Position numbers and translations under genes: made by a program. The notes below the pieces were generated by a model that saw only the letters and a program-made list of their open reading frames with translations, was not told the DNA's origin and searched no databases. Below are positions 29,041 through 39,440 of a DNA stretch of 64,000 nucleotides, piece by piece (positions within the stretch are counted from its first letter, which is position 1; the number at the start of each line of letters is the position of its first letter). This DNA comes from Bdellovibrionales bacterium (GTDB taxonomy: Bacteria > Bdellovibrionota > Bdellovibrionia > Bdellovibrionales > UBA1609): the NCBI GenBank assembly GCA_965203095.1, contig OZ241877.1:992001-1056000 (forward strand), written 5' to 3'.

Positions 29041-30707
29041 TACCAGGCCTTAAGCCAATTATAAATATCATTAAAAAACACAAAAGCCATAAAAGAGAGG
29101 AGAAAAAATAGACCTAACTGCTGAGCCACAAGAATTTTTTTAACAGACAGAGGTCGCCTTAAAATCCCCTCCAGTGTAAAAAATAAAAGATGCCCCCCAT
29201 CCAACATAGGGATAGGCAAGAGATTGATAAAAAATAAATTAAGAGAAATAAAGGCCATCATATAAAGAAAAGAAGACAAACCCTGATGAAATTGGCTGTG
29301 AGCCACCCGGCCAATAAGGACAGGCCCTCCCATAGTTCTTAAAGAAATTTCCCTTTGTGCCAGCCGGACAAGCCCTGCTGTGATATGGTTCAGTTGCTTC
29401 CATGTCTCTTGCACAGAATAAAGCCCTGCCTTTGATAGAGGTCGCTTCCATATAATCTCTTCAGGCAAAACAGTAGTTCCTCCAGAACCAATGCCTAACA
29501 TAAAGCGGGTTTTAATGTTATTTTCCACAAAGAGAGGTTTTGGAGAGATAGACACTGTTTTTTCCTGATTTTCCCGGCGGTATTTTATAGAAAGGGCCTG
29601 CCCTTCAGAACTCTCCACTGTTTTTAAAATTTGTTTCCAGCCTTTAATCATATTTCCATTTATGGCAATAATGCGATCCCCCCGGAGGAGGCCCGCTATT
29701 TCTGCCGGCGTGCCAGGGCCTATGCGATCAATATACAGATCTGCTGGTTCTATTCCTAAAAGAAGAAGTGAGGCTTTTTGTCCTGATTTTGCAGGGAGGA
29801 CAATAGTTTTCTCTTGGCTTAACGAGGTTTTTTTTGATGTTGCTTTTTTGTTGGCCTTTAGCTCTCTTTTCACTGTAAAGGACAAAATCTCATTCTCGTT
29901 TTGGATAAAAGCTTTTAAATCCCTCCAATACCTAAAGCCCCGGCCATTCACTTTCGTGATTTCATCAAAAGATCTCAATCCCGCCCGATGGGCTGAGGAA
30001 TCGTGAATCACACCTATTCGCAAGCCCTTAGAGGCAGGACTTAAGCCTTTAATGGAACCAACAGATCGATTCCATTCCCATGGAAGAGGGTTTTTCCTTA
30101 AAACAGGAGCGATGGTCACAGTTTTTATTTCATTAGTTTGGGATTTAACTTGAAACACAAGCCTTTCCCCCGCTTTTTTTTTGATGATTTGAGAGATCTC
30201 CTCATAGTGGGATAGGCTTTGGCCGTTTACAGATAAAATTTTATCTCCTGATCGAAAGCCAGCAGAATGAGCCGGGGAGAGGGGATCTATATCCCCCACT
30301 ACTGGAGGAATAGAGGGTGAGCCATTAAGAGCTACAAAAAGAAAGAGCAAAAGGCTAAAAATCAGATTCATCAAAGGGCCCGCAAAGGCAATTATCCATT
30401 TTTCATGAACTTTTTTATATAAAAAGCCTTTGGATTTTTCTTTATCCGGCACCTTTGTCAAAGGGTTATCGCCAAACATTTTGACATAACCGCCTAAAGG
30501 AAAAAGAGAGATACAGTAAGTGGTATCACCTTTTTTGTATTTTAAAATTTTAGGCCCAAACCCCAGGCTAAAAACTTCCACTTTGACGCCAAAATACCGA
30601 GCCGCTAAAAAATGCCCCAATTCATGGATAAAAATTAAAACTCCAAGGAGCAGAAAAAAAGGCCCACTGGCAAAAATAAATTTTTGAATTGTAAGCAGAA
30701 AAGACAT
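29040..30707 (-). CDS. rseP: RIP metalloprotease RseP with three PDZ domains
   Basis: HELGH, FSLGFGP, GGYVKM, AGPLMN and NLLPIPMLDGG; three SPA/SSA/TPA..AG..GD-type PDZ repeats. Confidence 0.95.
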   Translation of the reverse strand: MSFLLTIQKFIFASGPFFLLLGVLIFIHELGHFLAARYFGVKVEVFSLGFGPKILKYKKGDTTYCISLFPLGGYVKMFGDNPLTKVPDKEKSKGFLYKKVHEKWIIAFAGPLMNLIFSLLLFLFVALNGSPSIPPVVGDIDPLSPAHSAGFRSGDKILSVNGQSLSHYEEISQIIKKKAGERLVFQVKSQTNEIKTVTIAPVLRKNPLPWEWNRSVGSIKGLSPASKGLRIGVIHDSSAHRAGLRSFDEITKVNGRGFRYWRDLKAFIQNENEILSFTVKRELKANKKATSKKTSLSQEKTIVLPAKSGQKASLLLLGIEPADLYIDRIGPGTPAEIAGLLRGDRIIAINGNMIKGWKQILKTVESSEGQALSIKYRRENQEKTVSISPKPLFVENNIKTRFMLGIGSGGTTVLPEEIIWKRPLSKAGLYSVQETWKQLNHITAGLVRLAQREISLRTMGGPVLIGRVAHSQFHQGLSSFLYMMAFISLNLFFINLLPIPMLDGGHLLFFTLEGILRRPLSVKKILVAQQLGLFFLLSFMAFVFFNDIYNWLKAW

Positions 30708-30948
30708 ATAGAGAAAATAAATGAACAGGCACTAAGGTCAAGGGATTTTTTATAAATAAACTTGAGCTTCCTGTCAACACTTAAAAAATTTCTGTCCTTG
30801 CTTTATATTTCAGAAGAGATGAGGAGACTTGTCATAGCTTTGCCGCTCAGGCTTTATGGGCTATTTCTGGTCCAATGTCCTAATAGGCTCAAAAGGGATA
30901 GCCCTAAAACTTGAAAAAACTTTAGAATGTTCATAAGATTTTAAAATC

Positions 30949-31299
30949 ATGTTTAAAGGAAATATCTTAAAGCTTTTTATTGTTTTATTTTGTTTTTCAT
31001 CTTGTGATTCTTTTGATGATTCCGACTCGACCACTGTGCATTCCACAACAGTTTCTCAAACAGCTGTGACAACAAAACAGGTCTCAGTCAGTTGTCAGTG
31101 GGATCTCCTTGGCCCTAAGAAGTCGAAATGCAATGATCAGACTTTTTGTGTGGGTTCAGTATCTTGTTCCCCCAGTGGTCCTTTTTTAAAGCTGGTGATT
31201 TGCAAAGAGCAACACTGTTCTACCCCCCAAAGTTGTATAGCGGATCAGTCCCCAGATACAGCTTTTTGTGGATGGCAGTTGGGATCTAAAATCCAATAA
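30949..31299 (+). CDS. Small Cys-rich lipoprotein
   Basis: Lipobox FSSC and eight further cysteines; upstream TTGAAA-N17-TAAGAT promoter. Confidence 0.65.
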   Translation: MFKGNILKLFIVLFCFSSCDSFDDSDSTTVHSTTVSQTAVTTKQVSVSCQWDLLGPKKSKCNDQTFCVGSVSCSPSGPFLKLVICKEQHCSTPQSCIADQSPDTAFCGWQLGSKIQ

Positions 31300-31409
31300 G
31301 CTTTTTCAATAAAAAAGAGTTTTCTTAAACCCTGACAAGTTTTGTTTTCTTTAATTTGTCGCCTGTAAAGTTATGACATAAAAATCCCGAAGTTGAGAGT
31401 CTAACAGAG

Positions 31410-31434
31410 CTGGATTCCCGCTCAAGGCGGGAAC
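31410..31434. repeat. REP/dRS3-like palindrome, possibly a terminator between convergent genes
   Basis: CTGGATTCCCGC-TCAAG-GCGGGAAC, a 7-bp stem. Confidence 0.5.
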
Positions 31435-31460
31435 GGCTAACTAAGATTTTTAGAGAAATA

Positions 31461-32825
31461 TCAAAAGGCAGGGCTGTCTATATCCTTAGGCAGAGGGGGC
31501 ATGGCCTCTTCTGAGGGGATGTGGTTTTCAAAACAACCAAACTCTGCCAGCCACTTAAGCGTCACTTTTCCTGTAGGGCCATTCCTTTGCTTGCCGACGA
31601 TCACTTCGGCCAGCCCTTTCCCCTCCCCCTCTTCATAATAATCCTCCCGATAGAGCATCATGATCAGATCAGCATCCTGCTCAATGGCCCCAGATTCCCT
31701 TAAATCAGAGAGTATAGGCCGGCGGTTGGCTCGCGATTCTACTCCTCGGTTAAGTTGCGACAAGGTAATAATGGGTATTTTTAGCTCTTTAGCAAAGGAT
31801 TTTAACAGGCGAGACATTTCTGAAACCTCCCTTTCCCTGGTCTCGCTTTTTTCCGGCAGTTGCATCAGCTGTAAGTAGTCCACAACGATTAGGTCTAAGC
31901 CTTGTCGGGCTTTTAGCCTTCGGGACTTGGCTCGAATTTCATAAGGGGAAAGAGGGGAGGAGTCATCAATAAAAAGATCTGTTCCGCTGAGTTGGCCGGC
32001 ACAGTTGATCAGATCACTCCACCGGCCTTCAATTTGCCCACTCATGATTTGTGACAAATTGATACGGGAAAGGGAGGAGAGTAGTCTCATTACAATTGCT
32101 TCTTTAGACATTTCTAAAGAAAAAAAAGCCACTTTCTTTTTTTCGTGAAGAGCATTATGAAGGGCAATGTTTAAACTGAGGGCTGTTTTTCCCATAGAAG
32201 GGCGAGCGGCCAAAACAATAAGATCAGAGGGATGAAAGCCAAGAGTGATGCTGTCTAAAGCTTGAAAAGAGCTGGGAAGGCCAGTAAGGGATCTTTTTTT
32301 GTGGTAAAGATCTTCTAGGTTTTTTAAGCCACTATCCACAAGCTGGCTTATAGGGGCCAGCTCTGCACTGTTTTGTTTGTCCCCTAATTTAAAAATTTCC
32401 GCCTCCAAGTAATCCATAAAATGTTCTATCTTGGAGTAATCCTCTTTGTAGGCTTTTTGAATAAACTCCTCAGATTTTCGAATCACTTTTCGGAGTAAAG
32501 ACTTCTCTGCTGTGATATCGGCATAAGCCTTAATGTTGGCTTTTGAGCTAAGCTGATGGACGAGATCGCTCAAGTAAGAAGTCCCCCCCACCTGATCCAA
32601 TTGCTTGGTTTTTTTTAAGGAATTGGCCACAGTTACAGGGTCTGCACTTTGTCCTTTTTTGTAAAGTTCTTGAATATGAAAAAAAATGGTTTTATGAGCG
32701 GGTTGAAAAAAATCTTCTTCTTTTAACTCAGTTGCTACCTCATCCCAATCCGCTTCTTCCCCCATGAGGAGGATCCCAAGAAGAGCCTTTTCAGCAGAAA
32801 GATGAGATGGAAGAGTGCCTTTCAT
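31461..32825 (-). CDS. dnaB: Replicative DNA helicase
   Basis: AARPSMGKT, FFSLEM, VVDYLQLM, LSQLNR and SDLRESGAIEQDAD. Confidence 0.98.
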   Translation of the reverse strand: MKGTLPSHLSAEKALLGILLMGEEADWDEVATELKEEDFFQPAHKTIFFHIQELYKKGQSADPVTVANSLKKTKQLDQVGGTSYLSDLVHQLSSKANIKAYADITAEKSLLRKVIRKSEEFIQKAYKEDYSKIEHFMDYLEAEIFKLGDKQNSAELAPISQLVDSGLKNLEDLYHKKRSLTGLPSSFQALDSITLGFHPSDLIVLAARPSMGKTALSLNIALHNALHEKKKVAFFSLEMSKEAIVMRLLSSLSRINLSQIMSGQIEGRWSDLINCAGQLSGTDLFIDDSSPLSPYEIRAKSRRLKARQGLDLIVVDYLQLMQLPEKSETREREVSEMSRLLKSFAKELKIPIITLSQLNRGVESRANRRPILSDLRESGAIEQDADLIMMLYREDYYEEGEGKGLAEVIVGKQRNGPTGKVTLKWLAEFGCFENHIPSEEAMPPLPKDIDSPAF

Positions 32826-33404
32826 TTAGCTTGCCTTTGCCTTAAGCTTTATTTTTTTCTTAAGAGTGTTGCGGTTAATGCCAAGAGCTTCAGCGGCTCG
32901 AACCTGATTGCCTTTGCAAAACTCCAAGACTTTTTGAATGATTTTTGCCTTTACCGACTGGCTTATTCGCTTTAGAGCCTTATCTTTTAAAATTTGATGG
33001 GCATTCTCTTCAGACAGTTGGGCCTGACAGGCTGATAGTAAATCCATGGAACGGGCTGAGCTGAGGAAGATACCACTTTTAGGGCCTTTATGCTGGCTTT
33101 TTTGCATGAGGAGTTGCTCAATATTTAAATTGTAAGCCTTTATTTTTTTCTTAAGAGTGTTGCGGTTAATGCCAAGAGCTTTAGCTGTTTTAAGTTGATT
33201 GCCTTTTAAATTTTCTAAACCAAACTCTATAAGTGCTTGTTCAATAGGTTCATAAAATCTTTTTAAAACATTGGTTTGTGCTTGTAAGGGATAAAATTTT
33301 AAATAGTGATCCAGCTTACTTTCCACAATATCTTCGATTTGAACCCGATCCAAGTGAATCACTAAGGCATTTTGTGAAGAATGGATAAAATGATTGGGCG
33401 TCAT
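32826..33404 (-). CDS. Protein with two tandem Fis-type HTH domains (start uncertain)
   Basis: KGNQLKTAKALGINRNTLKKKIK and KGNQVRAAEALGINRNTLKKKIK. Confidence 0.85.
   Translation of the reverse strand: MTPNHFIHSSQNALVIHLDRVQIEDIVESKLDHYLKFYPLQAQTNVLKRFYEPIEQALIEFGLENLKGNQLKTAKALGINRNTLKKKIKAYNLNIEQLLMQKSQHKGPKSGIFLSSARSMDLLSACQAQLSEENAHQILKDKALKRISQSVKAKIIQKVLEFCKGNQVRAAEALGINRNTLKKKIKLKAKAS
32847..33181. repeat. 44-bp identical direct repeat inside the tandem-Fis gene
   Basis: 32847..32890 equals 33138..33181 (ctttatttttttcttaagagtgttgcggttaatgccaagagctt). Confidence 0.9.
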
Positions 33405-33538
33405 CAAAAAAAATCTAATACTATCCTGTGCAAAAAGCAATAGAAGATATTTTTTTGCGGGAAACTTTGTGGAAAATCCTGTTAAAAAACAAAAAACCAG
33501 CTTTTTTTTTATAAAAAATCGCTTATACTGAAAAAGCT

Positions 33539-35887
33539 GTGGTTTGGAGCAAAAAAATTCAACGAGAAATAAGGCGAAATCGCCTCAAAGGGGCTTTACT
33601 CTTAAGCGGGACTTTGTTTTTGGGTCTCAGTTTTTTTAGCTATAAGCCTCAAGATCCTTCTTTAAACTTTTTTGGTTCATCCCTTAAGGTTGAAAATTAT
33701 TGTGGTTTTATTGGGGCCAGCTTGGCGGATTTATTTTATCAGTTTTTTGGCTTCTCCTCATGGTTTTTTATTTTAGGAGGCTTGATTTTAGCCTACAAAT
33801 TTTTTACAGGACGCTTGCGGGAATCGGCTATAGAGTCCAGCCTTTTTTTTGGTTTATTTGTTCTTTCTTTTATGAGCTTGAGCGAGCTGTATTTTTCAGA
33901 AGTTCGCTTTTTTAACCATTCTGTTAGTTGGGGGGGAGGCTTGGGAAAAGTGATTATCTCTTCCCTTAAACCCTTGTTTCATACCACGGGCACAGCTGTT
34001 CTTCTATGGTCTTCTTTAGCTGTGATTTTTATATTTTACAGCCCTACAGTTTTTTTGAGAGCTTTTGGCCTCTGGCCGATAAAAATTTTGATCACTTTTT
34101 GGAAACTCTTTAAAGTTAGCCCTCATATTATAGGCAAAGCCGGGCTTAAAGTTAAAAAGGGGATTCAAAAACTTTCGAATTTTTTAAAACTTTCCCTTTC
34201 CTTTTTTGGAAAGATATTTTCCTTTATTCGAAAACTTAAACATAGCGAGACTCCCTCCCCTAAAGCTTTAGATTCTCAAATCAATAAAACAAAAGAGGCC
34301 CCGCAGTTTGTCTTTCAAGACAAATCCTTTTTACATAAGGAAAAAGAACCGCCTCCTTCTCAAAGCTTAATGGCTCCTAAAATTGAAAAGCCTTTTTTAC
34401 ATAAAAAATCTTTTGATAAAGGCCAACTCCCCTCTGTGGATATTTTATCAGATATCCCTCAAAAGCCAGAAAAAATCCATCGCCAAGATGTGGAGGAGCT
34501 GTCTAAAAAACTAATAGATAAACTCTCTCAATTTTCTATACAAGGGGAGATTAAAGCCATTAAAACCGGCCCCGCATTAGTGTTATTTGAATTTAAGCCA
34601 GAAAATCATGTAAAAGTCAGCCGGATCCGTGAAATGGAAAGTGATTTGAGTTTGGCCTTGAGCAGTGAGTCTGTTCGTATTATTGCCCCCATCCCCGGGC
34701 GAGATGTGGTGGGAATTGAAGCTTCTATGCCCTATAGAAAAATGGTGCATTTAAAAAATCTTTTAAGGTCAGAAAGTTTTTTTAAAGCCGATTTGCCCTT
34801 AGTTTTAGGAAGAAGAGCAGATAATGTAATAGGGATTAAAGACTTGGCTCGCATCCCGCATCTTTTGGTTGCAGGAACTACCGGATCAGGAAAATCCATG
34901 TTCATTATTAGTTTTGTGATTAGCCTCTTGTTTCGCCACAGTCCGGATTCTTTAAAAATCTTGTTGATTGATCCTAAACAAGTGGATCTGTCGGCCTTTA
35001 AGGACATTCCTCATCTTTTATCTCCCATTATCACTTCTTCTCATTTAGCTGTCCAAGCATTGCATTGGGCTGTGATGGAGATGGAAAAAAGATATCGCTC
35101 TCTCGCTCTTTTTCAGGCAAGAGATCACAAGTCCTTTAATACTGTAGCCAGAGGATTAAGCTCTAAGGAAAAAAGTTTGCATTCCAAAAAACAGGAGTCC
35201 GCTCGTCCGCAGGACTCTTACTATTTTGAGCCTTTGCCCTTAATATGTATTGTGATTGAAGAGTTTGGAGATCTGATGGCGGATAAAAATATTCGAAGGC
35301 CACTGGAAAGTGCAGTGGTGCGGTTAGCTCAAAAGGCCAGAGCCAGTGGCATTCATCTGATTTTAGCGATGCAAAGCCCCAGAAAGGATGTCGTCACAGG
35401 CTTAATTAAAACCAATATTCCTGGGCGGATTAGCTTTAAGGTGGCCAGTGGGACTGATTCCCGCGTGATTTTAGACGAGACAGGGGCAGAAAAGTTGTTG
35501 TCCCACGGAGATATGCTGTTTTTGGAACCTGGCCATATCAAAGCCCTTCGCTATCATGGGCCTTTTGTTCGGGAAAGGGATGTGGAAGAAGTGGGAAATC
35601 ACTGGAGAAGTCAGGCAGAACCTATTTATGAGAAGGCTTTAATCCCTGGATCAGCTCAGCTGGCTCATAATACGGTAGACTCCAGCATGAATATAAAAGA
35701 GGATCCTATGTATGATGAGATTTTGGAGTTTGTAAAAACTTGCGATGTGGTGAGTGCATCTTTTTTACAAAGAAAATTCCGTATTGGCTACCCTCGTGCG
35801 GCCCGCATGATAGAGATCTTATTTGAAGAAGGGCAAATTGGTCCGCCTCAAGGAAGCAAACCCAGAGAGGTCTTGGCACACAAATGA
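33539..35887 (+). CDS. ftsK: DNA translocase FtsK
   Basis: N-terminal transmembrane domain, PHLLVAGTTGSGKS, IDPK, RLAQKARASGIH and gamma domain LQRKFRIGYPRAAR. Confidence 0.96.
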   Translation: MVWSKKIQREIRRNRLKGALLLSGTLFLGLSFFSYKPQDPSLNFFGSSLKVENYCGFIGASLADLFYQFFGFSSWFFILGGLILAYKFFTGRLRESAIESSLFFGLFVLSFMSLSELYFSEVRFFNHSVSWGGGLGKVIISSLKPLFHTTGTAVLLWSSLAVIFIFYSPTVFLRAFGLWPIKILITFWKLFKVSPHIIGKAGLKVKKGIQKLSNFLKLSLSFFGKIFSFIRKLKHSETPSPKALDSQINKTKEAPQFVFQDKSFLHKEKEPPPSQSLMAPKIEKPFLHKKSFDKGQLPSVDILSDIPQKPEKIHRQDVEELSKKLIDKLSQFSIQGEIKAIKTGPALVLFEFKPENHVKVSRIREMESDLSLALSSESVRIIAPIPGRDVVGIEASMPYRKMVHLKNLLRSESFFKADLPLVLGRRADNVIGIKDLARIPHLLVAGTTGSGKSMFIISFVISLLFRHSPDSLKILLIDPKQVDLSAFKDIPHLLSPIITSSHLAVQALHWAVMEMEKRYRSLALFQARDHKSFNTVARGLSSKEKSLHSKKQESARPQDSYYFEPLPLICIVIEEFGDLMADKNIRRPLESAVVRLAQKARASGIHLILAMQSPRKDVVTGLIKTNIPGRISFKVASGTDSRVILDETGAEKLLSHGDMLFLEPGHIKALRYHGPFVRERDVEEVGNHWRSQAEPIYEKALIPGSAQLAHNTVDSSMNIKEDPMYDEILEFVKTCDVVSASFLQRKFRIGYPRAARMIEILFEEGQIGPPQGSKPREVLAHK

Positions 35888-36588
35888 AATCTCAGAAAAA
35901 AACCATTCGCATTGCCTTGAGCGGAGATAGAGGGCGAATGGGCAAAAGCCTCTCTCGCCTAATTAAAGAAAAGCCTTTTATGCAGGTGACGGCTGGAGCC
36001 AACAAAACGAGGGCACCGGAGAGCTGGCCCACTGGCCAAATTGACGGGGTGATTGATTTTTCTCTTCCTGAACTCTTTTCACAAAGTTTAGATTGGGCTT
36101 TTCAGCATAAAAAAGCCTTTGTCAGCGGGACTACAGGTTTAAGCTCAAGCCAAAAAAACTCTTTAAAATCCGCAGGAAAAAAAATCCCTGTTTTTTACAG
36201 CGAAAACATGAGTGGAGGGATTTTTCTCCTCTCCCGGTGGCTAAAAGATATTTTTTATGAAGAGTTTAAGGTTCGGATAGAGGACATTCATCATAAAGAC
36301 AAAAAAGACAAACCCAGCGGGACAGCCTTAAGGCTAAAAGAGAGCCTTCCTCGATTTTTAAAAAATAAAGCTAAAATCCAAAGCTTGAGACAAGCACAAG
36401 AGTTTGGGACTCACCGGGTTTTTCTTCAAAGTGCGGAGGAGATTTTGATTTTAGAGCATCAGGCTTTAAACCGGGAGCTTTTTGCTAAAGGAGCTTTGCA
36501 GGCCCTTTTGTTTATTTTAAAAAAGAAAAAAGGATTCTATAGCCTTTCTGATCTCTACCAACAGAAAAAAGCCCTCCCATTTTTTTGA
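35884..36588 (+). CDS. dapB: 4-hydroxy-tetrahydrodipicolinate reductase
   Basis: GRMG, IDFS, GTTG, HHKDKKDKPSGTA and FAKGAL. Confidence 0.93.
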   Translation: MKSQKKTIRIALSGDRGRMGKSLSRLIKEKPFMQVTAGANKTRAPESWPTGQIDGVIDFSLPELFSQSLDWAFQHKKAFVSGTTGLSSSQKNSLKSAGKKIPVFYSENMSGGIFLLSRWLKDIFYEEFKVRIEDIHHKDKKDKPSGTALRLKESLPRFLKNKAKIQSLRQAQEFGTHRVFLQSAEEILILEHQALNRELFAKGALQALLFILKKKKGFYSLSDLYQQKKALPFF

Positions 36589-36632
36589 TTTTTCACTCTG
36601 TTTTTTCTGAAAATCTGGTTCAAAAGCCTATT

Positions 36633-39257
36633 TTAAATTTTGATTTTTTGTTTTTTAAAGGCGGATTGCCGTCTTCTTTGCCGGCGGTTCAATGGCTTTT
36701 CCCTTTGAGGGGGGATCGCCTCTTTAGGAGTTTGTGCAAAAGCAGAGCTTTCTAAAGCTTTTTCATTATAGATTAAACTTTCCTCTTCTTTTTGAGGCTT
36801 ATCCCACTTTGTTTCCTCAGTGATTTGAATTTTAAAAAACTTCTCCACAACCTCAATAGCCACAGCCAAGTTAAGGGCTTCAAACATATAAAAAGTTTCT
36901 TTTTTATATTCCACCAAAGGATCTTTTTGGGCAAATGCCCTCAGGTTGATCCCTTCTCTGAGATGGTCCACATTTTCTAAATGCTCTTTCCAGCGGGCAT
37001 CTGTAGTTTGCAAGAGCAAAAACTGAATTAAAGGCTCAAAATGCTCTCCTAACTCTTGCTTTTTCTTTTCGAACTTGGCTTGAACAGAGAATTTTGTTGA
37101 ATTGTTAATATCTTCTAAAGTCAGATTCTCCAAAGGGGGAAAGCTTATATCTAAATCTAAAGTTCGCTGGCAAAAAGTTTGTAAACCTTTGAGATTCCAC
37201 TCCTCTTTTTTCATATTCTCATTAGCTGTTTGATCCAAGCCTTCAGATATTACATCGGAGAGGCGATCTAAAAAGAGTCTTTCTAAATGATCTTTTTTCA
37301 TCACTTCTTTTCGCATTTTGTAAATGGCAGTTCTTTGTTGATTCATCACATTATCGTATTCTAAAAGATGTTTTCTGATCTCAAAGTTATGCCCTTCTAC
37401 CTTTTTTTGTGCACTGGCTATAGCACGAGTCAAAAGCCGATCTGTGATAGGGGCCGATTCGTCCATTTTTAAAGTGGTCATTATTTTTTGCATTCTCTCC
37501 CCTCCAAAAACCCTCATCAAATCATCTTCTAAAGACAAATAAAATTTTGAAGCTCCGGGATCACCTTGTCGGCCAGAGCGACCTCTCAGCTGATTATCAA
37601 TCCGGCGGGCTTCATGCCTTTCTGTCCCGATGATAAACAGACCACCAGCAGAGATCACATCTTCCCTTTCCTTTAGGCACAGATCTTGAAATTTTTTGAG
37701 CCTCTTTTGATAACTCTCTTCCGAATCTTGTTTTCCCTTTGGCCCGCACAAAAACTCTGGGTTCCCGCCCAGGATAATGTCTGTCCCTCGTCCCGCCATA
37801 TTGGTAGCAATAGTGATGGCAGATTTTCTTCCCGCCTGAGCCACAATTTCTGCCTCTTTGTCATGATGTTTTGCGTTTAAAACTTTATGAGGGATATTTT
37901 CTTGAGAAAGGATTTGAGATAGTCTCTCTGATTTTTCAATACTGACAGTCCCCACTAAAACAGGCTGGTTTTTTTTATACAGCTCTTTTATGAATTGCCC
38001 AATATATTTGTATTTTATAGCCGAGGTTTTGTAGATCACATCCTCATAATCTTCCCGGCGGATGGGCTGGTTGGTGGGGATGACTTTGGTTTGAAGTTTG
38101 TAAATTTTTTTAAACTCTTCGGCCTCAGTTTCCGCCGTGCCTGTCATGCCCGCCAGCTTGTTATACATTCTAAAATAATTTTGGAAAGTGATGGTGGAAA
38201 GGGTTTGGTTTTCTGTTTTGACTTTAACCCCCTCTTTGGCCTCGATAGCTTGATGAAGCCCCTCACTCCATCGCCTCCCCGGTTGAAGACGGCCCGTAAA
38301 TTCATCCACAATTACCACTTCACTTCCTTGAACCATATAGTCCACATCTTTTTTATAAAGGTAATGGGCCTTTAGTGATTGGTAGATATTGTGTAGAAAC
38401 TCAATATGAGCCAAATCGTAAAGATTGTTAATGCCTAAAAGCTTTTCTATTTCTGCATTGCCTTCCTCTGTGAGGGAGACTGTTCGGGATTTTTCCTCCA
38501 TTGTGAAGTGCTTATCTTTTTTAAGATGTGGGATGATTTTTTTGACAGCGTGATATTTGTCTGTGGAGCGGTCTTTAGGCCCGGAGATAATTAGAGGAGT
38601 CCTGGCCTCATCTATTAAAATGGAATCGCACTCATCTACAATCGCATAATTGAGATCCCTTTGAACACAGGCTTTAAGGGAATATTTCATATTATCTCTT
38701 AAATAATCAAAACCAAATTCATTATTAGTTCCATAAGTGACATCGGCTAAGTAGGCTTTTTGCCTTTCTCTATCATCCATATCATGAATGATCGCCCCAG
38801 CACTCAAGCCCAAAAAGTTGTAAAGTTGGCCCATCCATTCCCTATCTCTTTTAGCTAAATAATCGTTGACTGTGACAATATGGACACCTTTTCCCGAAAG
38901 AGCATTCAAATAAACCGGGAGAGTAGCCACCAGGGTTTTTCCTTCACCGGTTTTCATTTCAGCAATTTCCCCTCTGTGAAGGACGATCCCTCCAATCACC
39001 TGAACATCATAATGCCTCATGCCCAAAACCCGTTTAGCGGCCTCTCTGCAAACCGCAAAGGCTGAAGGCAAAATGTTTTCTAAACTTTGCCCTTGATCTA
39101 TTTGCTCTTTAAAGTGAGAGGTTTTAGCCTGTAAGCCCTTCCGGCTCAGCCCGGAGAGCGATTTTTCCAAATGGCCAATGTGCTGGACAAGGGGCCTTAT
39201 TTTTTTCAAATCCCGTTCATATTTTGTTCCAAAAATTTTAGTTAAGAGAGAAAGCAT
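36633..39257 (-). CDS. secA: Preprotein translocase SecA
   Basis: EMKTGEGKT, VTVNDYLA, DECDSILIDEARTPLIISG and IDNQLRGRSGRQGD. Confidence 0.98.
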   Translation of the reverse strand: MLSLLTKIFGTKYERDLKKIRPLVQHIGHLEKSLSGLSRKGLQAKTSHFKEQIDQGQSLENILPSAFAVCREAAKRVLGMRHYDVQVIGGIVLHRGEIAEMKTGEGKTLVATLPVYLNALSGKGVHIVTVNDYLAKRDREWMGQLYNFLGLSAGAIIHDMDDRERQKAYLADVTYGTNNEFGFDYLRDNMKYSLKACVQRDLNYAIVDECDSILIDEARTPLIISGPKDRSTDKYHAVKKIIPHLKKDKHFTMEEKSRTVSLTEEGNAEIEKLLGINNLYDLAHIEFLHNIYQSLKAHYLYKKDVDYMVQGSEVVIVDEFTGRLQPGRRWSEGLHQAIEAKEGVKVKTENQTLSTITFQNYFRMYNKLAGMTGTAETEAEEFKKIYKLQTKVIPTNQPIRREDYEDVIYKTSAIKYKYIGQFIKELYKKNQPVLVGTVSIEKSERLSQILSQENIPHKVLNAKHHDKEAEIVAQAGRKSAITIATNMAGRGTDIILGGNPEFLCGPKGKQDSEESYQKRLKKFQDLCLKEREDVISAGGLFIIGTERHEARRIDNQLRGRSGRQGDPGASKFYLSLEDDLMRVFGGERMQKIMTTLKMDESAPITDRLLTRAIASAQKKVEGHNFEIRKHLLEYDNVMNQQRTAIYKMRKEVMKKDHLERLFLDRLSDVISEGLDQTANENMKKEEWNLKGLQTFCQRTLDLDISFPPLENLTLEDINNSTKFSVQAKFEKKKQELGEHFEPLIQFLLLQTTDARWKEHLENVDHLREGINLRAFAQKDPLVEYKKETFYMFEALNLAVAIEVVEKFFKIQITEETKWDKPQKEEESLIYNEKALESSAFAQTPKEAIPPQREKPLNRRQRRRQSAFKKQKIKI

Positions 39258-39263
39258 GAAAAT

Positions 39264-39292
39264 AACATAAGGCTTTTGTTGGCAAAAGTCTA
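39264..39292 (-). promoter_or_regulatory. Sigma70-type promoter of secA (leaderless arrangement)
   Basis: TAGACT-N17-TATGTT, then 6 nt, then ATG. Confidence 0.55.
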
Positions 39293-39363
39293 TAAAATAG
39301 TCCCTTGTGAAACAGACGGGCTTTTGTCCCTCAAAAATTCTGGATTTTTAATTTTATATAGGG

Positions 39364-39392
39364 CTTGACAAAGCTCGGTTTTGTCTCATTAT
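39364..39392 (+). promoter_or_regulatory. dnaK promoter, sigma32-like or sigma70
   Basis: CTTGACA-N13-TCTCAT resembles the RpoH consensus CTTGAAA-N13/14-CCCCAT. Confidence 0.4.
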
Positions 39393-39440
39393 TAAGTTTT
39401 ATATTGAGCTTGCACTTTAAACGGGAAAAGGAGTGAAGAC

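Noticed and set aside
36633..36800. SecA lacking the C-terminal zinc-binding motif
   Set aside because: Common in many bacterial lineages; not unusual.
39409..39439. CIRCE element before dnaK
   Set aside because: Only partial half-sites (TTGCACTT ... GAGTGAAG) at the wrong spacing, and the right half is the RBS.
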